A stretch of 64,000 nucleotides of DNA from the NCBI GenBank assembly GCA_036337435.1, contig JAYZEG010000001.1, positions 132,969 to 196,968 on the forward strand, read 5' to 3'. A program made the translations under genes and the position numbers. Numbering within the stretch: the stretch's first letter is position 1; the number at the start of each line of letters is the position of its first letter. Under the pieces are notes generated by a model, which was given only the letters and a program-made list of their open reading frames with translations, was not told the origin of the DNA and searched no databases. This DNA is from Myxococcota bacterium. Lineage in GTDB: Bacteria > Myxococcota_A > Bradymonadia > UBA7976 > UBA1532. Shown one piece after another: positions 58,195 through 64,000 of the stretch.

Positions 58195-59271
58195 ATGATG
58201 ACTGAGCGTAAGCACAACTTCAACGCAGGACCGGCAGTGCTTCCATATTCTGTGCTTAAACAGGTCCATTCCCAACTCCTCGATTTTGACCAGTTGGGCT
58301 TAAGTCTCATGGAAATGAGCCACCGCAGCCCGGAATTTGATCAGGTCATCAACGACGCCAAGGCGTCGCTGACACGGCTTTACTCAATCCCTGATACCCA
58401 TGAGGTGATGTTTCTCCAAGGGGGTGCGTCACTTCAATTTGCAATGATTCCTTACAATCTGGGCTCGGGGGGGGCTTACATCAATACGGGGACATGGTCG
58501 ACGAGGGCGTACAAGGAAGCCTGCACCATCGGCACGGCCGACGAGATTTGGAGTGACGAGGGCAATGGTTTTAAGCACGTCCCACAACCCGAGGAACTGC
58601 CCTCGCTGCCTGCAGCCTCAACCTATTTGCATTACACCAGCAATAACACCATTTATGGAACCCAATACCAATACGTACCGAAGACCGAGTTGCCGCTGAT
58701 TTGTGATATGTCCAGCGACTTTATTTCACGGCCCATTAACGTTGCTGATTTCGACTTAATCTACGCGGGCGCTCAAAAGAATGCAGGTCCATCTGGGGTG
58801 ACGGTCTTGATCATTAAAAAGGCCATCAGTCGACATTTTGTTGGCGACGCAAGAACGCCAAAAATCTTGCGCTACGTGACTCAAGCCGAGAAAGGCTCCA
58901 TGTACAACACACCCAACACCTTTGGGATTTGGGTGATTAAATTGGTGGCTGAATGGGTCGAATCACAAGGGGGACTGGCTGCGATCCATGCACTCAATCA
59001 AGCGAAAGCAAATCACCTCTATGACGTCATCGATGCCCATCCCCTCTGTGTAGGTCATGCGACCGATGTGTCCCGTTCTTTGATGAACGTGACCTTCCGG
59101 ATGGACTCTGAAGACCGGGAGCAAGCATTCACACAACTCTGTCAGACCAAGGGGATTATCGGCATAAAAGGTCACAGAAGCGTCGGTGGCCTGAGAGCAT
59201 CCATTTACAATGCTATGCCGCAAAGTTCTGTTGAGACGCTCGCTGACCTACTCGCGTCATTTCGAGGTTAA
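58195..59271 (+). CDS. serC: phosphoserine aminotransferase
   Basis: NFNAGPAVLP, EMSHRS, LQGGAS.QF, DMSS, YAGAQKN.GP (PLP Lys), YNTP, KGHRSVGG.RASIYNA. Confidence 0.97.
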   Translation: MMTERKHNFNAGPAVLPYSVLKQVHSQLLDFDQLGLSLMEMSHRSPEFDQVINDAKASLTRLYSIPDTHEVMFLQGGASLQFAMIPYNLGSGGAYINTGTWSTRAYKEACTIGTADEIWSDEGNGFKHVPQPEELPSLPAASTYLHYTSNNTIYGTQYQYVPKTELPLICDMSSDFISRPINVADFDLIYAGAQKNAGPSGVTVLIIKKAISRHFVGDARTPKILRYVTQAEKGSMYNTPNTFGIWVIKLVAEWVESQGGLAAIHALNQAKANHLYDVIDAHPLCVGHATDVSRSLMNVTFRMDSEDREQAFTQLCQTKGIIGIKGHRSVGGLRASIYNAMPQSSVETLADLLASFRG

Positions 59272-59274
59272 TCC

Positions 59275-59308
59275 TGCTCAGCTTGGCGACCGAAGACCAA
59301 GCTGAGCA
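59275..59308. terminator. perfect 12-bp hairpin between convergent genes
   Basis: TGCTCAGCTTGG, 10-nt loop, CCAAGCTGAGCA, 3 nt after the serC stop. No long U-tract on either side. Confidence 0.6.
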
Positions 59309-59338
59309 TGTTCACTTGAGGTGTCGATGACTCACCAA

Positions 59339-62300
59339 TTAAAGCTGGTTGGCCTTCCACGTACACGCCGCGTCTGTTTCATCGGATCCATCCGTGCAAT
59401 CCGACCAAGGATCGGCACCATTTTCACAAACCCAATCCGGTTCAATACAACCCGAACCATCCACGCATTCGAAAAGGCCTGGCGCACACTCGTTATTGCC
59501 GTTGTCGCCACCGCCGCCACAATTGGCCTCGTCTGATCCGTCGTTACAATCACCAGCCCACTCATCGCACCGCCAGTCAGCGGAAATACATTGAATCCCA
59601 TCGTCACAAAGCCAGCCATCAAACCCATTATCAGTAACGCATGCACGGTTATCGCCGCCACCGTTATCACCACCACCGTTGTCACCACCGCCATTGTCAC
59701 CACCGCCATTGTCACCGCCGCCATTGTCGCCGCCGCCGGCCAATTCAAAGCAGCCGCAGCCACAGACAAGATCGTAGACTTGGGCGTCGGCAGAACAGCC
59801 GAACATAACAGCAGCCTCTTCCATGTTATTGACACCGAGCTGACCTGGCAGATCAGCGCAGACGTTGGGATCAGCACTGAATTGAGTCACACTCTCATAA
59901 GTTGGGTCGTCAGCGCTCGGACAGCCCGCAGCGCAAGCATTATCGACACAGATTTGCCCATTGGCACAATCGGCATCACCAAAGCAGACCTCGCCTTGAT
60001 TTCGACATTCGTTTTGGAAACAAATCTGACCATTGCCGCAATTGGCATCGGCACTGCATTCGACGCAGTCTGAGCCATCAGCTAGGCAAATGCCTTTCTG
60101 AGGGTCATTGCAACCGGCATTGTCGGCCGGATCACAGACTTGGCAAACGTCGTTGACACACTGTTGTCCATTACAATCTGCATCGTTTCCACACCCATTA
60201 TTACCACCGGCAACGCATTGTTCTGATTGAGGATCGCAGATTTCACCTTGGGCACAGTCGTTGTCGTTTAAGCACCCATTGTCGACACATTGGCCCGTGG
60301 CAACATCACAACGTTGACCGGCGTTACAATCACCATCGCCCTGGCAGTTCAGTGCATTCTTCCAAGCGCATGCGGCCTGGGTCTCATCTGAACCGTCTCC
60401 ACAATCCTGCCATGGGTTGGCACCGGGTTCACAAACCCATTGACTTTCTACACACGCAGACCCATCAGCGCAGGTGAAAAAGCCGGCGTCACATTCATTG
60501 TTTTCGGGCGGATCAACGCACTGGCCTGTATTGGCATCACAGACTCTTTCACCATCACAGTCGGCATCATCAAGACATCGGGCAATGCATTGAGTGCTGG
60601 CCAAATCGCAGACTTCGTTCTGCCCGCAGTCCGCATCGCCTGCGCAGCCAGCCCGCTCAACGCATTGGTTCGTTGCTGGATCACAGGCAAATCCATCATC
60701 GCAATCGCCATCGCCGTTACACGGTGGCGGGTCGACGCACTCAAACGTTACAGGGTCACAGACCTGATTACCTTGGCAATCTTCTTTGACTCGGCAGGCC
60801 GGACAGTTGTTCGGCGCTTCATCCTCGCCTCCAGCGCAATCAAACGCCTGGTCATCACAGACCCAATTCATGGGTATGCAGGTGTTGTCATTGCATTTAA
60901 ACTCACCTTCTCGACACGTAATCTCAACTTCATTCGGGTCGATACATCCGCAGCCACAATGTGTGTCAAAGGAGACAAAGCCTTCACCAGCTTGACCGCA
61001 TTGAAGGTCAGGAATGTTATTGCATTCTTGGCTGTCACCGCTGGCATAGACCACAAATTCACTGGTTGGGTCCGGGCAGCCATCAACTTGACAGAGTTGT
61101 CCACAGGTTGCATCGGCACTGCAGAAAGCAATGCAGTTTGGGTCGTCGGGAACAGGGCAGTCCAACTCATCTTCACACGCTTGTGCGAGCACTGTGAATC
61201 GACCAGCTTCGATGGACTGGAAGCCATTATCAGAACCCGCCCCGCCGTCACACGCAAGATAGGTTTGACCACCGTCGACACTGAATCGAATTGAGAATGA
61301 GTAACTGTTTGGATTGATGGGTGCCGTGATCTGCCCGAAATACTCGTCCCGCCCACGGTCGTCGGCATCGCCCGTCAAGGTGCCGTCCCAGTTTGCGTTG
61401 CCTTGCGCATCGAACCAGGTCCATGCCGCGGCACTAAAAGGATCATTGGGATTGGTACCATTAGGTCCATATCCGACTTGAGCGATGATGAGCGGGTTCT
61501 GGTCATAACCGGTGGTCACATCGGTCATATTGCCCTCGTAGAGTCGGCCATAGACATTGAATTGTGCTTGTGGTTGGACATCGATGCGCAGGCGGTCGCC
61601 TGCGTTGCCTTGGAATCCGTCCACCCATTGCAACTTACAAAAGTCGACAGCGTTTGGCTCACCACCACCATTTTGGTCTACGCAGGCACCATTTTCACAG
61701 ATCTGCCCCTGCTGACATGGATTATTTTCATCGCAGTTGGGCTCGACTGGGTCGACGCATTGACCTTGGTCACAGACCTGATTTCCGTTGCACGGCATGG
61801 CATCACTGCATTCGCAGTCATTGCCTTGGTCGTCATCACAAACACCGCACATGTCTGTAAGCGCATTGCCGTTGCAGATACCGGCGCAATCTTGGGCGTC
61901 AGGAAGGCAGCACACACCCTGATCATCAGTCACCGAGGGCCCTTCACACACGCCTGCACAATCCAGTTTATCTGGAGTACAGCATGCGCCGTTGGCATCT
62001 GTTGCCGCCTGACCATTGCAAATCCCTGCACAATCTTGGTCTGCAGGGAGACAGCATCCGCCGCTCCCATCCTCGACAGCTTGACCGCCAAAATCACCGT
62101 TACAATCTGCAGCGCAGTCGTTATTGGGGTCTGCATCGCACACGCCGCAGTTATCTGTCACACCGTTGGGTGCTTGAACCTCAGCGCTCCAGCAATGAGT
62201 GGGTCCGTCCAGGGTACATTGATTGTCGAGAGCCCACTGTTGATTTACGTCGTAGATGCGATTTGCGCCGCCTTCCCAGACACCATCCACAATGGCTTTA

Positions 62301-64000
62301 TATTCAACTCGCACATTGAGTGGGACAGACACTGAGATAGAGAAGATGCCATCACCATCCTCATCGGTCATCGGCTCTCCGTTCCACCCATTCAGAGTGG
62401 ATGCAAAGGTGACCGCGTTGACATTATTCGGATTTGCAATGCTGTAATTGATGGTCAATACAGCCGTGTTATTGCCACCGCAATTACCGCAAAGATCGAC
62501 CGCGGCATTGCCGCCACACTCGCCCGCACAATCTTCGACGGCATCGCCGCCAAAAACACCGGCACAGTCTGCAACACAATCGTTATTCACGTCATTGTCG
62601 CAGACACCGCAGCGGTCAACGACGGCATCGCCGTTACACACGCCCGCGCAGTCTCGTTCTAGGTCTTGGCAACAGCCACCGGCATCTTGATTTGCAGTGC
62701 CATTACACACGCCCAGGCAATCCACTACGCCTTGGCCGTTACAAACGCCTGCACAATCCCGCTGCGCGTCGCCGTTGCACACACCGGCACAGTCTTCCTG
62801 AGCATCGCCATTACAAACACCCGCACAGTCTTCTTGGGCGTTGCCGTTACACTCGCCTGCACAATCTTCCTGAGCATCACCGTTGCAGACGCCGTCGCAA
62901 TCCCGAGCATCCGCCGGGCAGCAACCACCCTCAACAGTAATCGTGCCAATCATGCCGAAGCCAGCATGCGGTGAGCACACATAATAATAAGTGCCCGGCT
63001 GATCAAAGGTGATACGACGTGTTTGCCCGAAGCCAACCTCGAAGCCGCCTGGCAATGCTTGGCTGCCACGCCTGTTATAAGTATCCTCGCTGACTTCGAT
63101 CGCGTTGTGATTACCTGGCATCTGGAATTCGACAATATCGCCAATGGCAATCGTCAAATTCTCGGGATTAAAATCGAAGCCTTGAGTCGTAACGACGTGC
63201 ACCTCGGGATTCGGGTTAGGTTCCGCATCTCCACCACAGACACCAGCACAATCTACGACTGCATCGCCGTTACACACGCCTGCGCAATCTTCCACCGCGT
63301 TGCCGTTACACGCTCCCGCACAGTCGACAACCGCATCGCCGTTGCATACGCCCGCACAGTCTTCTCGAGCGTTGCCATTGCACGCTCCCGCACAGTCGAC
63401 AACCGCATCGCCATTACAGACGCCGGCGCAATCTTCCACCGCGTTGCCGTTACACGCTCCCGCACAGTCGACAACCGCATCGCCATTACATACGCCGGCG
63501 CACTCTTCAACCGCGTTGCCGTTACAGGCACCTGCGCAATCTTCCACTGCGTGGCCATTACATACGCCCGCACAGTCTTCTTGAGCGTTGCCGTTACACG
63601 CTCCCGCACAGTCTACAACCGCATCGCCGTTGCATACGCCCGCACAGTCTTCTTGAGCGTTGCCGTTACAGGCACCCGCGCAATCTACGACCGCGTCTCC
63701 GTTACAAACACCGGCACAGTCTTCTTGAGCGTTGCCGTTGCAAGCACCGGCGCAATCTACGACCGCATCGCCGTTACAGACGCCAGCGCAATCGACAACC
63801 GCATCGCCGTTACAGGCACCGGCACAATCCTCCACTGCGTTGCCATTGCACGCTCCCGCACAGTCTTCTTGAGCGTTGCCATTACACTCGCCTGCACAGT
63901 CTTCTTGAGCGTTGCCGTTACAAACACCGGCACAATCCTCTACTGCGTTGCCATTGCACGCTCCCGCACAGTCCACAACCGCATCGCCATTACAGACGCC
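59339..64000 (-). CDS. 5'-partial giant Cys-rich mosaic extracellular protein (12-aa Cys repeats, cupredoxin, CBM48-like, Ig-like, LDLa-like modules)
   Basis: The frame is open past the window end and encodes more than 1545 aa. DCAGxCNGxAxx repeats. Type-1 Cu site HN...CSPH...M. NGWN..PMTDEDGDG.F......EYK. Four C..G.F.C....C....W.C.....C..G.DE..C modules. Confidence 0.88.
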   Translation of the reverse strand, partial: GVCNGDAVVDCAGACNGNAVEDCAGVCNGNAQEDCAGECNGNAQEDCAGACNGNAVEDCAGACNGDAVVDCAGVCNGDAVVDCAGACNGNAQEDCAGVCNGDAVVDCAGACNGNAQEDCAGVCNGDAVVDCAGACNGNAQEDCAGVCNGHAVEDCAGACNGNAVEECAGVCNGDAVVDCAGACNGNAVEDCAGVCNGDAVVDCAGACNGNAREDCAGVCNGDAVVDCAGACNGNAVEDCAGVCNGDAVVDCAGVCGGDAEPNPNPEVHVVTTQGFDFNPENLTIAIGDIVEFQMPGNHNAIEVSEDTYNRRGSQALPGGFEVGFGQTRRITFDQPGTYYYVCSPHAGFGMIGTITVEGGCCPADARDCDGVCNGDAQEDCAGECNGNAQEDCAGVCNGDAQEDCAGVCNGDAQRDCAGVCNGQGVVDCLGVCNGTANQDAGGCCQDLERDCAGVCNGDAVVDRCGVCDNDVNNDCVADCAGVFGGDAVEDCAGECGGNAAVDLCGNCGGNNTAVLTINYSIANPNNVNAVTFASTLNGWNGEPMTDEDGDGIFSISVSVPLNVRVEYKAIVDGVWEGGANRIYDVNQQWALDNQCTLDGPTHCWSAEVQAPNGVTDNCGVCDADPNNDCAADCNGDFGGQAVEDGSGGCCLPADQDCAGICNGQAATDANGACCTPDKLDCAGVCEGPSVTDDQGVCCLPDAQDCAGICNGNALTDMCGVCDDDQGNDCECSDAMPCNGNQVCDQGQCVDPVEPNCDENNPCQQGQICENGACVDQNGGGEPNAVDFCKLQWVDGFQGNAGDRLRIDVQPQAQFNVYGRLYEGNMTDVTTGYDQNPLIIAQVGYGPNGTNPNDPFSAAAWTWFDAQGNANWDGTLTGDADDRGRDEYFGQITAPINPNSYSFSIRFSVDGGQTYLACDGGAGSDNGFQSIEAGRFTVLAQACEDELDCPVPDDPNCIAFCSADATCGQLCQVDGCPDPTSEFVVYASGDSQECNNIPDLQCGQAGEGFVSFDTHCGCGCIDPNEVEITCREGEFKCNDNTCIPMNWVCDDQAFDCAGGEDEAPNNCPACRVKEDCQGNQVCDPVTFECVDPPPCNGDGDCDDGFACDPATNQCVERAGCAGDADCGQNEVCDLASTQCIARCLDDADCDGERVCDANTGQCVDPPENNECDAGFFTCADGSACVESQWVCEPGANPWQDCGDGSDETQAACAWKNALNCQGDGDCNAGQRCDVATGQCVDNGCLNDNDCAQGEICDPQSEQCVAGGNNGCGNDADCNGQQCVNDVCQVCDPADNAGCNDPQKGICLADGSDCVECSADANCGNGQICFQNECRNQGEVCFGDADCANGQICVDNACAAGCPSADDPTYESVTQFSADPNVCADLPGQLGVNNMEEAAVMFGCSADAQVYDLVCGCGCFELAGGGDNGGGDNGGGDNGGGDNGGGDNGGGDNRACVTDNGFDGWLCDDGIQCISADWRCDEWAGDCNDGSDEANCGGGGDNGNNECAPGLFECVDGSGCIEPDWVCENGADPWSDCTDGSDETDAACTWKANQL
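59648..59737 (-). repeat. coding 15-nt tandem repeat (GGGDN)x6
   Basis: Six copies of (g/a)tt(a/g)tc(a/g)cc(a/g)cc(a/g)cc on the plus strand. Confidence 0.9.
63218..64000 (-). repeat. coding 36-nt tandem repeat (DCAGxCNGxAxx), at least 21 copies, running off the window
   Basis: 21 full 12-aa units in the ORF plus a partial unit at the edge. A second, more degenerate block lies at about 62480-62900. Confidence 0.95.

Noticed and set aside
60440..62335. Long plus-strand ORFs (60440-61294, 61403-62335), and similar ones opposite 48-52 kb
   Set aside because: These are antisense shadows of strongly biased Cys/Gly/Asp-rich genes, with no motifs or RBS.
63218..64000. 36-nt repeats with a 72-nt period, superficially CRISPR-like
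   Set aside because: The units are contiguous with no unique spacers, vary at synonymous positions and lie in an open frame. There are no cas genes in the window.
1..64000. Mobile elements, prophage, tRNA/rRNA and known defence systems
   Set aside because: I recognised no integrase, transposase, phage structural gene, RNA-gene signature or defence-gene motif. The intergenic gaps are short.

Overview
A densely coding bacterial chromosomal segment with about 41 credible CDS. I found no rRNA, tRNA, CRISPR array, integrase or transposase. The gene repertoire suggests a Myxococcota-like, possibly predatory organism (inference): Hanks-type kinases, TPR/PEGA-like proteins, and many Gly-linker, Cys-rich lipoproteins with PPC and lamin-tail domains. 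Housekeeping and metabolic genes include lnt, a thiolase, a short LeuA-like synthase, a DEDDh exonuclease, a CreBC-like two-component pair, an SDR, pterin dehydratase, deoxynucleoside kinase, an O-methyltransferase, guaD, radA, an HDAC-family deacylase, prmA, astA, crcB, hutU, hemY, hemE and serC. The best candidate for an undescribed system is at 1-5.9 kb. There an intact exosortase (Cys/Arg/His triad) directly follows a 74-aa micro-substrate made of a signal peptide, about 16-19 Gly/Ser-rich residues and an SEP-TM-basic sorting signal. Flanking it are a J-like/TPR/CPBP fusion with degenerate catalytic motifs, two related atypical receiver proteins and a convergent Lnt. Other notable items are a 10-kb array of four surface lipoproteins built only from accessory modules, an active-plus-degenerate transglutaminase pair, and a giant partial Cys-repeat protein carrying a cupredoxin domain and four LDLa-like modules. 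All assignments come from motif recognition by eye; no database searches were run.
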